DNA of 59,720 bases, taken from IMG/VR virus record IMGVR_UViG_3300020234_000033, positions 1-59,720 of that record. One strand, written 5' to 3'. The translations under genes were made by a program, and so were the position numbers. This stretch comes from a virus. Taxonomy: Duplodnaviria > Caudoviricetes. Under the pieces are notes generated by a model. It did no database searches. It was not told the origin of the DNA and saw only the letters and a program-made list of their open reading frames with translations. Positions 10,080 to 20,521 of this stretch are shown here, in pieces (the first letter of the stretch is position 1; every line of letters starts with the position of its first letter).

Positions 10080-12827
10080 ATGGCACAAACCAAAGCACTT
10101 TACTATCCGTTGGGTGGTGGACTTGATGTTGTAACACCGGTTCAGTCAATGAACCCGGGGCGCGTGATTGCGTGTTCTAACATCGAGCCATGGTTTAACG
10201 GTGGCTACCGTCGGATCGATGGCTTCGAGCGCTTTGACGGTCAACCCAAACCCAGTGAACAAAACTTCATCGGCTTCGAAGTCAGTGCCGTAGAGGATCT
10301 CGTTATTGGCCAAGCCGTGACCGGTTCACTCTCAGGCGCCACGGGTGAGATCATTGGCATCTACGAAGACGACGGTACCCGCGGCAACGACATGATCGGT
10401 GTGACCCAGACCACCGGCACCTTCCTGATCAATGATGTACTAACCACAGTCACCAACGCCGACGAGGACATCGTGCCGGATATCTCGGCCATGTCCCAGG
10501 CCACAGACCCAGGCAGCGTGCTCATCATTAACGATCTGCGAGATTGCGACAACGGTGTCGACAATCCTGATGGCGTCGTTGGTCTCGAATGTGTCCGCAA
10601 CGAATGGCCCGGTGGCGTAGGCGTCGACACGGTGAGCATACAGATGGCGGATCTCCCGGCGCACGTCACCACGATCAACTCGTGGACCCTGCGCGTGCGC
10701 GGGCAGGTGATTCGAAAAGGTGACGCGGTCTTCCGCAACAACAGTCAATTCGTGGTCAGCCCTGAGAGTGATGACACGGTCTTATACACATTCACATTCG
10801 CCCCGGGTGGAGACACCCAGTCGCTGACCTTCTCCGAGTCGGATTCGACGCTCGGCTTCATCGACCGCTCGGTGACGCAGGCAGGCGCGACAGCCACACC
10901 GGCCCAGGTTAATGCAGCTGTAGTGACCTGGGTGCAGACCGCTTTCTCGATGGCGGGTGATTTATTCGACGGCTTAATGCTACAAATCGACGAAATTGAC
11001 ATAGTCTTCGATTACGACGGCGATGTGGAGATCCTTAGCGAGCCCATAAACCGGGACTCGATTGACGAAAACACAGAAGCGGATTGGTTACTGGTCGCTC
11101 AGGATCTCTACCGGGCTGACATCATCATGGTTCCGGGTGCCGCAGCAAGCCCTGTAGACTCAGCGTGGCAGCTCGGGGATCTGGTGTATGCCATCCGTAA
11201 CAATGTCGGCCTGACAGCTGGCGTGTTGCACGTCGAGAGTGCTGCAGGGTGGACCACGGCCGGTGTGACCATGGCGGAGTACATATTCTTTGACGCAGGA
11301 CTCGCCGCGGGTGCGACCGTGGTCGAGGGTGACACGCTGACAGGTGGATCCTCGGGTGCAACAGGCACCATTCATCGAATAGTTTTGAACAGTGGATCCA
11401 CGGCCTGGGACGGATCCGGTGGCGGGTACTTTGTTCTAACTGGTGTAGCCGGTGGGCCTTTCACAGATAACGAGGCACTGGAGTCTCCGGCCCTGACACA
11501 GATCGCCGACGCAGACGGTATCAATGTCACCCTGGCTTTCTCGATTGACGGGATCTACGAGTGGGAAAACCACAACTTCTTCGCAGGCACGGGCACGCTA
11601 CGCGCGTACGGAGTGAATGCAGTCGACACCTTCGCCTTCGAGCTGGACGAGAATGGCGTGGTCTCACCGATATTCTTTCCGCCGTCACCGGCAGCAGCTA
11701 ACCCCGACGAGGGTAACCCAGGTGGACCACCCTTCCTCATCGAGGAGCACCGGAACTACCTGTGGTTTGCCTTCCCGGGTGGCCGATTCATTAACTCGGT
11801 GCAGGGTGAGCCCCTGCTGATCACCGGGTTCCTCGGATCCAATGAGTTTGGCGCAGGTGATGAGATCACCGGAATGGTCAGCGTGGTTGGCTCAGTACTG
11901 GATATATTCACTAATCGAGAGAGCCGAGGCCTGTTTGGCTTCGACGCATCTGACTTTGAACTCAAGCTGTTGGCCGAGAAGTCAGGATCCAGGCTTTACG
12001 GGGCTCAGAAGATCGACACTGTTTACACCCTCGATGACTTAGGCATATCCAGTCTGGCCCGGACCGACGCCTTCGGTGACTTCATCGGATCCACGGTATC
12101 GCAGCTCATTCAACCGATAGTGACGGGAGACGTTCAAGATCTATTCACGGTCTCCACGATTGTGAGAGCCTCGAACCAATACCGAATCTACTTCACTGAT
12201 GGCAGCGGGTTCATCATGTATGTGCCCTCGGTCGGTGATATGAACCGGCAACGACAGGCACAAGGCGAGGGCACTCGAACCAAGGTGCAATTCGGCGTGA
12301 TGCAGTATCCCTTTGCTGTTAGTCGTATCTGGAACACGGAGAACGGTGATGGCATGGAGAGAAGCTATTTCATCACCCAGGAAGTGGGTGCCGGTTTTGG
12401 CTATGTAATGCAGGACCGTAAGGGTATTAACTTTGACGGCGAGGTCATACGATCCTTTATCCGAACCGCTTTTAACTTCCTCAAGACACCTTCGATTCGC
12501 AAGCGGTTCCGGCGTGTTGACATGGAGATCGATGCTGAGAAGCCAACCACGTTGAGGTTAATCGCTGATCTGTCATTCGGTGTGTCTGATGCAGAGAGTG
12601 TTACCGCAGAGCCTGATACCACGATAAATGCCGGTGGCGGGTTATGGGATCTCGCTGAGTGGGATGAATTTTTCTGGGATGGACAGGCAAGAAACAATGC
12701 AAGAGCAAATATCAGAGGCACCGGCGAAGCTGTCGGATTTACAATATTCAATGAATCAGCGACTACTCGCTCATACATCATGCAAGGACTGACAGTCCAC
12801 TACGAACCTCGGAGGCTTCAGAGATAA
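10080..12827 (+). CDS. Tail nozzle / tubular protein B-like (DNA stabilisation protein)
   Basis: 915 aa, N-terminal GGGLD...N...GGYRRIDG, beta-rich body, C-terminal RKRFRR and W..AEWD; follows the adaptor gene. Confidence 0.75.
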   Translation: MAQTKALYYPLGGGLDVVTPVQSMNPGRVIACSNIEPWFNGGYRRIDGFERFDGQPKPSEQNFIGFEVSAVEDLVIGQAVTGSLSGATGEIIGIYEDDGTRGNDMIGVTQTTGTFLINDVLTTVTNADEDIVPDISAMSQATDPGSVLIINDLRDCDNGVDNPDGVVGLECVRNEWPGGVGVDTVSIQMADLPAHVTTINSWTLRVRGQVIRKGDAVFRNNSQFVVSPESDDTVLYTFTFAPGGDTQSLTFSESDSTLGFIDRSVTQAGATATPAQVNAAVVTWVQTAFSMAGDLFDGLMLQIDEIDIVFDYDGDVEILSEPINRDSIDENTEADWLLVAQDLYRADIIMVPGAAASPVDSAWQLGDLVYAIRNNVGLTAGVLHVESAAGWTTAGVTMAEYIFFDAGLAAGATVVEGDTLTGGSSGATGTIHRIVLNSGSTAWDGSGGGYFVLTGVAGGPFTDNEALESPALTQIADADGINVTLAFSIDGIYEWENHNFFAGTGTLRAYGVNAVDTFAFELDENGVVSPIFFPPSPAAANPDEGNPGGPPFLIEEHRNYLWFAFPGGRFINSVQGEPLLITGFLGSNEFGAGDEITGMVSVVGSVLDIFTNRESRGLFGFDASDFELKLLAEKSGSRLYGAQKIDTVYTLDDLGISSLARTDAFGDFIGSTVSQLIQPIVTGDVQDLFTVSTIVRASNQYRIYFTDGSGFIMYVPSVGDMNRQRQAQGEGTRTKVQFGVMQYPFAVSRIWNTENGDGMERSYFITQEVGAGFGYVMQDRKGINFDGEVIRSFIRTAFNFLKTPSIRKRFRRVDMEIDAEKPTTLRLIADLSFGVSDAESVTAEPDTTINAGGGLWDLAEWDEFFWDGQARNNARANIRGTGEAVGFTIFNESATTRSYIMQGLTVHYEPRRLQR

Positions 12828-15800
12828 ATGGCCAATAATTATTACAACTTCCCTGTGGCATTTACGCCCGGGACCAAGGTCCGGTCAGAGCAGGTTAACA
12901 TCCAGTACCAGGGAATCCAGTCCGCGTTTGATCTGTTATCGACTGACCCGGCTGCTTCCGTTATTGGTACTGCATGGAAGGGCGGTGATGTTCAGGGCGT
13001 CGACGTTAATGAGTTCCTGATCACGACACCGGATCCACAGGCAGCACTGGTCGATGGTCAGCGGGTTGCCTTCTTTGCCACGCATACCAATGACGACGCA
13101 GTTACCTTTAACGTCGACGGCCTGGGAGTCATCAACGCGGTTGATAACGACGGCACTCCGCTTGTAGCTAATGACATCATATCGGGCCAGTTCTACGAGT
13201 TTGTATTTGACAACGCCAATACTCAGTGGGTTCGATCGCTCGCAGGCAGCGATCTGATCGTCGGTGGCGCCGATACCAATATCCAGTTTAACGATAGTGG
13301 TGTATTTGGTGGTAGCGCAAACTTTACCTGGGATGGTTCCACGCTTGATGTAGTTGGGGATATAACTGTATCTGGCACCGTCGATGGACGGGATGTTTCC
13401 GTGGATGGTGGGGTGCAGGATGCTCATATCGCGGATGCCACGATCCACTTCACTGAGGGCAGCATCGATCACACAGCGATCCTGAACATCGGTGTAAATA
13501 CCCACGCTCAGATAGATACTCATATCGCAGACGCCACGATCCACTTCACTGAGGGCAGCATTGATCACACAGCGATCCTGAACATCGGCACGAACACTCA
13601 TGCCCAGATCGATACTCACATCGCAGATGCGACGCTTCATTTCACTGAGGGCAGCATCGATCACACTGCGATTCTGAACATCGGCACGAACTCTCATGCG
13701 GCCATCGATACGCACATCGCGGATGCGACGATTCACTTCACCCAGGCTGCAATCTCGATTACCGCTTCCCAGGTCAGCGACTTCAGTACCGCTACCGCTG
13801 CCGCTGCAATTGCCGTGGTCGAGGATGAAGGTACACCACTTGCGGGTACCGCAATCTCTCTGGATTTCGTGGGCGCTGGCGTAGTGGCCTCTGGAACGGG
13901 TGGAACCAAGACGATCACGATCCCTGGTGGCGGTTCCGGTATTACGGTAGAAGATGAAGGCGCCCCGCTTGCTACGCTTGCCACGACACTCGACTTTGTT
14001 GGCGCCGGTGTGGTGGCCTCTGGCGCAGGCGCAACTAAGACGATCACAATTGCCGGTGGTGGCGGCGGCGGCGATGTAACCAAAGTCGGCACGCCAGTTA
14101 ACAATGAAATTGGCGTGTGGACCGGCGATGGTACGTTAGAAGGTGATACCAACCTAACGTGGGATGGCAGCCTGCTCACAGTAGCAGGTGAACAGAAGAT
14201 CGATGATGAACTTACTCTTGGCTCTGGTACACAAAACTTCCTGATTAAACACGGTGGGACGCCTGGGCTGGGGGCTGGCCTGATCACCATATCAGGTGGT
14301 ACTTCAGGTTCGGATGGTGCACACATACAAATGTTCGGTGAGTTCCACGCGAATCAGCGCAATGACATGAACTTCCGGGTCGGTACAAATGCTTGGATGA
14401 GGTGGGATGAGTCTGAAGGCACCATAGAAATGCTGACAGGAGTCGGGTCGAAGCTAAGATCACTGATTCTCCACTCTGACAGGACTGCAACCTTCACAAG
14501 GGATGTATCCCTCTCTCCAGCAGGAATACCACCCTTACTTACGTTTGCCGACATAGATACCACAGTTTCAAGCGGTCAGAACATGGGTAAGCTAAGCTGG
14601 ACAACTATCGATACAGATCAAGGTACTGCCCCTTTTGAGGGGGCGCTTATACAGTGTGTAGCTAACTCCGACTTTGATGGCACCGCCACAGATGGTCTGG
14701 ATATGACCTTCCATACCTTAGAAAGACAAGGGTCACTAACCGCGCGCCTTACCATCTTAGCTAATGGCGAAGCCACCTTCTCAGGCTTGTTGACTGCAGG
14801 GGCTACATTAGCTGTAGCAACTGAGATACTGCTTACAGAGAGAGCAGATCATAGCTTCACTCCAGTCGCTGGCCGGGGCATCCTTTGGCTTAGAGATGAC
14901 GCACCAAATAAACTCATATTCACCGATGACGCAGGTACAGACTTTGATCTGACCGCTACTGGTGGCGGCGGTTCTCCTGTGTGGGCAGAAGATGCAGCCG
15001 ACAACATCTGGACTATCGATGGCGGTGCGATGGCACTCGTCACCTCTGGCGTAAATAACTTCGTTGCTGGTGATCTATCCGGCAACGCGATCACCGAAGC
15101 TGAGAATAATATAATCATCGGTGAAGGTTCGGGTAATCTCCTGACCACCGGTGACGACAACATAATGTTGGGCGCGGGTGTCGGCGCTGCCATGACCACA
15201 GCGTTAAGAAATATCCTGATAGGTGACGGCGCCGGTGAGTTGATGACGCTCAGCACTACTCAGGGCAATGTTTGTATCGGTAGGTTTGCTGGCGACAAAA
15301 TGACCGATGCTGCCGTTGGTAACACGGTAATAGGAAATTCAGCTGGAGGTGGGTTGGGGTCAGGATCAAGGGATAACGTCATCATCGGTGAGAACGTGAT
15401 GAATAGCCCAACCGCCAAATTAGTTCAAAGGAATGTCTTTATTGGTGATCAGGGTTGGCAGCAGAGTGGCCTCAGTGCAGAAAGCAATGACAACGTCAGT
15501 ATTGGTACCTTAACCGGCAGGAATCTCACAGGGGTTAATACTAAGAATATTCTTATAGGTTTTAACGCAGGGCCTGTCTCTGGCACGATAGTCAATCAGA
15601 TATTTATAAACAACAGCGAGAATGCCGACCCCTTCATAGGTGGCGATCTGGGAACAGGCGGAATGACCGTCAAAGGTTCAATCAGATTCACAGAACGTGC
15701 TGATCATATTCAAACACCAATAGCTACCTTCGGTGAGTTTTGGGTCAGGGATGATGCTCCCAATGTACCCATGTTTACCAATGATGCTGGCACAGATTTT

Positions 15801-16979
15801 GTGCTGAATTTAGCTGGTGGCGGCGATGTTACCAAGGTCGGTACGCCTGTAAATAACGAATTAGGAGTTTGGACCGGTGACGGAACTATCGAAGGCGATT
15901 CCGGGCTGACCTGGGATGGATCAACTCTATTAGTTACTGGCGATATCCTGCAATCCGAGTTAGCCAATGTTGCGGATCCTACCGCTGGATTCGGCAGATT
16001 CTGGACCAGGGATGACGCTCCGAATATCCCGATGTTTACCGACGATACTGACGTTGACAATGTACTTGCCTATGTCAGTGAGGTTGGTGCATTTGAAGAC
16101 AGTACAAACAATTCAATATTCTCTGCGGGAGCAGGGGCAGCATTAGAGGCTGGCGGTACTTTTAATTTTCTCATGCTGGATGGTGCCGGTGCGCTTATAA
16201 CTTCAGGCGATGACAATATTTCAATCGGTCGGGCAACTTTACCCATACTGACTACCGGTAGTGACAATATTGCAATTGGCCCATTAGCGGGTGAATTGCT
16301 GATCGATGGCATTGACAATGTAATGATCGGACATTTATCCGGTGACCAGTTGACTGGAGACAACAATACTTTTGTCGGTGCATTCTCGGGTCGATCTGTT
16401 ACCGGCTCTACGCGTAACACAGCGATTGGGTATCAGGCACTGGGTAATACAGCGGCTGATTTAGATAGCCCTGGTGCTAGTAACACAGCGATTGGCGCTG
16501 GTTCAATGTCTAATTTTGCACTGACATCTGCCGACCACAATACAGCGGTTGGTGAAAGCACACTGAATTTTATGGTGTCCGGTGATGACAACGTAGCAAT
16601 CGGATATAACGCTGGCGGCAATATCACTACCGGTGACGGTAACGTCATACTAGGTAACCAAGCTGGCCCGACCGTCAATCAATCCAATCGACTTTATATC
16701 AGTAACACAGGTGGAGATACGCCTCTGATATTTGGTGACTTCGCCACTCCTCAAATAATCATTAATGGTGCTTTAGAGACTACGGGATACTTCCTACCCA
16801 ATAGAGCAACAGATGCAGAGCTTAATGCTATCGCCAACGCCATCAACACTGATGCCGGTAAGGTACAAGGCGCGATGGTTTACAATACAAGTACCGACAA
16901 CCCGGTATATGCTACTGGTGCCGCCGATGGCTCTGTCTGGGTGGACGGCGCCGGAACTACAGTTAACACACCAGTATAA
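12828..16979 (+). CDS. Long tail fibre / adhesin-like protein 1
   Basis: 1383 aa, Gly/Thr/Asn-rich. N-terminal virion-anchor-like region, His-rich 32-aa repeats and YadA-head-like N.aIG repeats. Confidence 0.8.
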   Translation: MANNYYNFPVAFTPGTKVRSEQVNIQYQGIQSAFDLLSTDPAASVIGTAWKGGDVQGVDVNEFLITTPDPQAALVDGQRVAFFATHTNDDAVTFNVDGLGVINAVDNDGTPLVANDIISGQFYEFVFDNANTQWVRSLAGSDLIVGGADTNIQFNDSGVFGGSANFTWDGSTLDVVGDITVSGTVDGRDVSVDGGVQDAHIADATIHFTEGSIDHTAILNIGVNTHAQIDTHIADATIHFTEGSIDHTAILNIGTNTHAQIDTHIADATLHFTEGSIDHTAILNIGTNSHAAIDTHIADATIHFTQAAISITASQVSDFSTATAAAAIAVVEDEGTPLAGTAISLDFVGAGVVASGTGGTKTITIPGGGSGITVEDEGAPLATLATTLDFVGAGVVASGAGATKTITIAGGGGGGDVTKVGTPVNNEIGVWTGDGTLEGDTNLTWDGSLLTVAGEQKIDDELTLGSGTQNFLIKHGGTPGLGAGLITISGGTSGSDGAHIQMFGEFHANQRNDMNFRVGTNAWMRWDESEGTIEMLTGVGSKLRSLILHSDRTATFTRDVSLSPAGIPPLLTFADIDTTVSSGQNMGKLSWTTIDTDQGTAPFEGALIQCVANSDFDGTATDGLDMTFHTLERQGSLTARLTILANGEATFSGLLTAGATLAVATEILLTERADHSFTPVAGRGILWLRDDAPNKLIFTDDAGTDFDLTATGGGGSPVWAEDAADNIWTIDGGAMALVTSGVNNFVAGDLSGNAITEAENNIIIGEGSGNLLTTGDDNIMLGAGVGAAMTTALRNILIGDGAGELMTLSTTQGNVCIGRFAGDKMTDAAVGNTVIGNSAGGGLGSGSRDNVIIGENVMNSPTAKLVQRNVFIGDQGWQQSGLSAESNDNVSIGTLTGRNLTGVNTKNILIGFNAGPVSGTIVNQIFINNSENADPFIGGDLGTGGMTVKGSIRFTERADHIQTPIATFGEFWVRDDAPNVPMFTNDAGTDFVLNLAGGGDVTKVGTPVNNELGVWTGDGTIEGDSGLTWDGSTLLVTGDILQSELANVADPTAGFGRFWTRDDAPNIPMFTDDTDVDNVLAYVSEVGAFEDSTNNSIFSAGAGAALEAGGTFNFLMLDGAGALITSGDDNISIGRATLPILTTGSDNIAIGPLAGELLIDGIDNVMIGHLSGDQLTGDNNTFVGAFSGRSVTGSTRNTAIGYQALGNTAADLDSPGASNTAIGAGSMSNFALTSADHNTAVGESTLNFMVSGDDNVAIGYNAGGNITTGDGNVILGNQAGPTVNQSNRLYISNTGGDTPLIFGDFATPQIIINGALETTGYFLPNRATDAELNAIANAINTDAGKVQGAMVYNTSTDNPVYATGAADGSVWVDGAGTTVNTPV
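13425..13742 (+). repeat. 96-nt (32-aa) tandem repeat, about 3.3 copies
   Basis: HIADATIHFTEGSIDHTAILNIGxNTHAQIDT units start at 13425, 13521, 13617 and 13713. Confidence 0.9.
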
Positions 16980-16996
16980 CGAGAGAGAATTTAATT

Positions 16997-19900
16997 ATGC
17001 CAACAGGATTCATATCAGGCTTTGTCCAATCGGCAATAGACCAACTCAACCTCCAATCGACGGCGGCAACTTCGGATCCTACTGCTACCGGGGCGGCAGT
17101 AGCTGGCCCAGACGCGGACGCAGGAGCCCTTACGGCTGCAGGGGGTGATCCAACTGGTGCGGATCCAACTACAACTAGTGGCCCATCAGCATTCCAGTTA
17201 GCGCAAGATTCGATAGCAGCGTCGACAGCAGCGGCGACAGCAGCGGCAGCGGAGACAGAGGCCCAGCAACCGGTAATATCTGGCATACAAGACCCCGCTG
17301 GCCCGACACCTCCGATTGGCGAGAGCCCGATCATTCGTGACGATCAGCCCAGTCCAATACTGAGCGAGCTGTACCAGAGTACTCCGGATACTGAGCGAGC
17401 TGAAGCTGCGCCTGCGGTGGACGTGACAGCTGCGGACGTAAAGGATGCAACAGCTGCGGCCGTCGGCACCCCGGGTGTCGCAGCTGCGGATCAGGCCGAG
17501 GCCGCTCTGGTGACGGGTGGCCCCGCCGAGATGTCAGCGGCAGCGCAGCTCAACCTGATTACCTCGCAGGATAGCCCCAACATGGTCCGGGCCAGACAGC
17601 AGGGCTTACAGGCAGCTGCACGTAGAGGGCTCGGCGGGTCGTCAATCTCAGCGCAGGCAGCACAAGGCGCCATGGTGGATCGCGCGCTCCCGCTCGCGCA
17701 ACAGGATGCCGCTACGGCTCTGTCAATTGCTCAGGAAAACGCGAATCGCCAGACCCAGATCTCTCAACTTAACGCGCAGCTCGGTACTGACGTGTCGATG
17801 TTCAATGCCGATCAGTTGAATGAAGCCGAGCGACTGTCCGCTCAGATGCAGACCGCGGTGAGTCAAGGTAACGCTGCAGCCTATAACGCAGCCCAGCAAC
17901 AATTCACAGACCTGCAGACTCGTGCGGATCTAACGCACGCCGATCAATTATTCAGTGCCAGCACCGCTTACGCAATACAGCGTAATGAGATGGTGGCGCA
18001 AACCCAGGCCCAGATCCAGGCACTCAATGAGCAGTACTTGGCTGGATCCCAGGCCGTCGATCTGGCACAAATTCAGGGCAAGTACAGTGTCCTGATCTCG
18101 CAGAATGACAGCGCGGCCCGGGTATTCGATTCTTACCTGAGCGGTCTGTCAGCGATCATGTCGAACGAGAACATCGGGCCCGAGCGGGTTGCGCAATACG
18201 TGCAGACCCAGCTCGGTAATGTCCAAGGCGCTCTCCAGTTCATTCAGGATCTGAATGACGCGGATCTTAGTGAATTCAGTTTCAACCCATTCCCGGGTGG
18301 TGCTACTAGCCCAGGCGGAGCAACCGCAGATACAACTGGAGTGAATGGTAACCCCGGTGGTCCGGCCCCAGGTGGCACAGGCGGTGGTGATGGTACTGGT
18401 GCTCCCGGAACAAATACAGGTGCTGGCGGTTACGACGGTGTAACCCCAGGATTTGACGGACTGCCCGGTATCAGTAATGCTGGTGTCGTAGCTATTTCGG
18501 CATTGTCTCCCCTCGCTGGTGTGGCGGCGACGGTGTATAACGGATTTGTAAATCTCACTAATATGATTGTCGATGCGGTTGACCAAAACGATCTGGATAA
18601 TTCTATTTCTGAATTGTCCACAATGACCGGTATGTCAGTAGAGGCTATCGAGGGAATGACCGCTGCAGAGCTTGGCGAGATGAACCAGCAAGCGCTGGCC
18701 GATATGAATCAGGCAATAACCAATTCATTGGCTGATAGTTTGGACGCTATGGACGAAAGTGGTAGCGACACAGGCGGACTAAGCACCAGCAGCGGTATGG
18801 GTATGAGTGGTATGGGCCCGCAAGGTGGCAGCGATGATAGCGGTACGAGCACTTCGAGCGGTATGGGCATGAGTGGTATGGGCCCACAAGGTGGCACCGA
18901 TGACAGTGGTAGCGACGGTGGTGCCTCTACTGGTGGGGCAAGCACTTCGAGCGGCATGGGCATGGGTGGGCAAGGCCCGCAAGGTGGCACCGATAATAGT
19001 GGTGACGGCGGCGGCGGCGGTAGCAGCGGCGGCGCAGCTGGTGGTGGCGGTGCTGCGGGTAGTGACGGGTCAGGTAGTCCAGGCTCAGGGGGCCCAGGTG
19101 GCAGTGGCGGTGATGCGACATGCTTCATAGCCGGTACCCAGGTCATCATGGACGATGGAAGCACTAAAAACATTGAAGACGTTAATATAGGTGACATACT
19201 GATCGGAGATAATGGGGATAACACGGTTGTCGAATTTGATCGTCCGAAGCTCGGAGATCGACGCCTGTACTCAATTAACGACAGTCGATTCTTTGTCACC
19301 AGTGAACACCCATTCTTTACGCAAAATGGATGGGCAGCTATCGAGCCGGAGGCAACTGCCAGAGAAAATCCTGAGTTAGCTGAAGAAGTTAGTACGCTGA
19401 CAATTGGTGATCGCATACAACTGGCAGACGGAGATCACGCCTTAGTCAGTCAGATTGATTCTGATGAATTCGACCCGGATACCCAGCTATACAATTTCAA
19501 ACTCGACGGCGATAACACTTACTATGCCGACGACATGCTTGTGCATAACAAGCACGGTGGCGGCGGTAACGGCGGTGGCGGCGGCGGTGGCGGTGGCGGC
19601 GGTGGCGGCGGTTGCTTTGCCAAAGGCACTATGTTTGAAATGGGCGATGGCAGCTTTAAGGCCATTAACCTGTTTGAGATCGGTGACAAGGTTAAAGGCG
19701 GCGAGGTAACTGATGTTATCCAGGGATTGAATCGTAACACTTGGTACGACTACCTGGGTACGAAGGTCACCGACGATCACTTTGTCAAGGAAGATGGGGT
19801 CTGGATGTACGTCAAGGACTCTAAGGAAGGCACGGTCAGCGATGTGCGCTACCCAGTGTTCTATACCTGTATCACCACCAACAACGAGTTGACTGATGAG

Positions 19901-20083
19901 CAGGGAACAACCTTCTCCGATCACAATGTCTTTGACTACTCGCATCCCGCAATGGATATCGAGGATTACTACTGTGATGCTTTGATCGAGATGAAGAATG
20001 GCAATACCCAGAAAGCTCGTGAGATCATGATGGCAGGCGCACTGGATCTGGCAGACCAGATGAAGGGAGAAGAGGCAGCATGA
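16997..20083 (+). CDS. Internal virion/ejection protein with two C-terminal Hint (intein-like) domains
   Basis: Ala/Gln-rich helical N-half (RRGL..SS motif) and Gly/Ser linker. Hint1 CFIAGT...VTSEHPF...YNF...LVHN (19121-19549); Hint2 CFAKGT...VTDDH...FSDHN (19613-19927). Confidence 0.8.
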   Translation: MPTGFISGFVQSAIDQLNLQSTAATSDPTATGAAVAGPDADAGALTAAGGDPTGADPTTTSGPSAFQLAQDSIAASTAAATAAAAETEAQQPVISGIQDPAGPTPPIGESPIIRDDQPSPILSELYQSTPDTERAEAAPAVDVTAADVKDATAAAVGTPGVAAADQAEAALVTGGPAEMSAAAQLNLITSQDSPNMVRARQQGLQAAARRGLGGSSISAQAAQGAMVDRALPLAQQDAATALSIAQENANRQTQISQLNAQLGTDVSMFNADQLNEAERLSAQMQTAVSQGNAAAYNAAQQQFTDLQTRADLTHADQLFSASTAYAIQRNEMVAQTQAQIQALNEQYLAGSQAVDLAQIQGKYSVLISQNDSAARVFDSYLSGLSAIMSNENIGPERVAQYVQTQLGNVQGALQFIQDLNDADLSEFSFNPFPGGATSPGGATADTTGVNGNPGGPAPGGTGGGDGTGAPGTNTGAGGYDGVTPGFDGLPGISNAGVVAISALSPLAGVAATVYNGFVNLTNMIVDAVDQNDLDNSISELSTMTGMSVEAIEGMTAAELGEMNQQALADMNQAITNSLADSLDAMDESGSDTGGLSTSSGMGMSGMGPQGGSDDSGTSTSSGMGMSGMGPQGGTDDSGSDGGASTGGASTSSGMGMGGQGPQGGTDNSGDGGGGGSSGGAAGGGGAAGSDGSGSPGSGGPGGSGGDATCFIAGTQVIMDDGSTKNIEDVNIGDILIGDNGDNTVVEFDRPKLGDRRLYSINDSRFFVTSEHPFFTQNGWAAIEPEATARENPELAEEVSTLTIGDRIQLADGDHALVSQIDSDEFDPDTQLYNFKLDGDNTYYADDMLVHNKHGGGGNGGGGGGGGGGGGGGCFAKGTMFEMGDGSFKAINLFEIGDKVKGGEVTDVIQGLNRNTWYDYLGTKVTDDHFVKEDGVWMYVKDSKEGTVSDVRYPVFYTCITTNNELTDEQGTTFSDHNVFDYSHPAMDIEDYYCDALIEMKNGNTQKAREIMMAGALDLADQMKGEEAA

Positions 20084-20511
20084 TCATACGACCTGCAACA
20101 ATGGTAGATCTGGAAGTGATCGTCGATATCGCGATGGAGCAGACGTTGAAGTATCCGTTTATGCGCGCGGAGCGGCATAAGGTCAAGGCCTTGATCACTG
20201 ATTCGATCAGTGCTGCACGCCACTTCTCGTGGGTGGTGGAAGACGAAGGTCGAGTACAGGGATCGTTTGTGGCTTTCACAACCGACAATGCCTGGGCCCA
20301 GCGACAACACTGTAGCGTGATGCTGTGGTACTCGTGGATCCCGGGCGGCGGGGCTGCGATGATACGCAAATTTCGCGACTGGGTATTGTCCCGGCGAGCA
20401 ATTAAGATAGCTGGTTTCGCACCGGACGTGGATTTGGATCCACGTGTGTGGATGCTGGCTGAAAGAGTCGGGTTCAAGCGCTCCGGTGGCGCGTACCTGC
20501 TATACAACTGA
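20080..20511 (+). CDS. GNAT-fold acetyltransferase-like protein
   Basis: MIIRPATMVDL N-terminus and ERVGFK C-terminal motif; a usual position in podoviral ejection modules. Confidence 0.7.
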   Translation: MIIRPATMVDLEVIVDIAMEQTLKYPFMRAERHKVKALITDSISAARHFSWVVEDEGRVQGSFVAFTTDNAWAQRQHCSVMLWYSWIPGGGAAMIRKFRDWVLSRRAIKIAGFAPDVDLDPRVWMLAERVGFKRSGGAYLLYN

Positions 20512-20521
20512 GGATAGAGAT

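Noticed and set aside
19121-19549. Mobile homing intein
   Set aside because: There is no endonuclease insert, the +1 residue is Lys, and the host site is a low-complexity linker.
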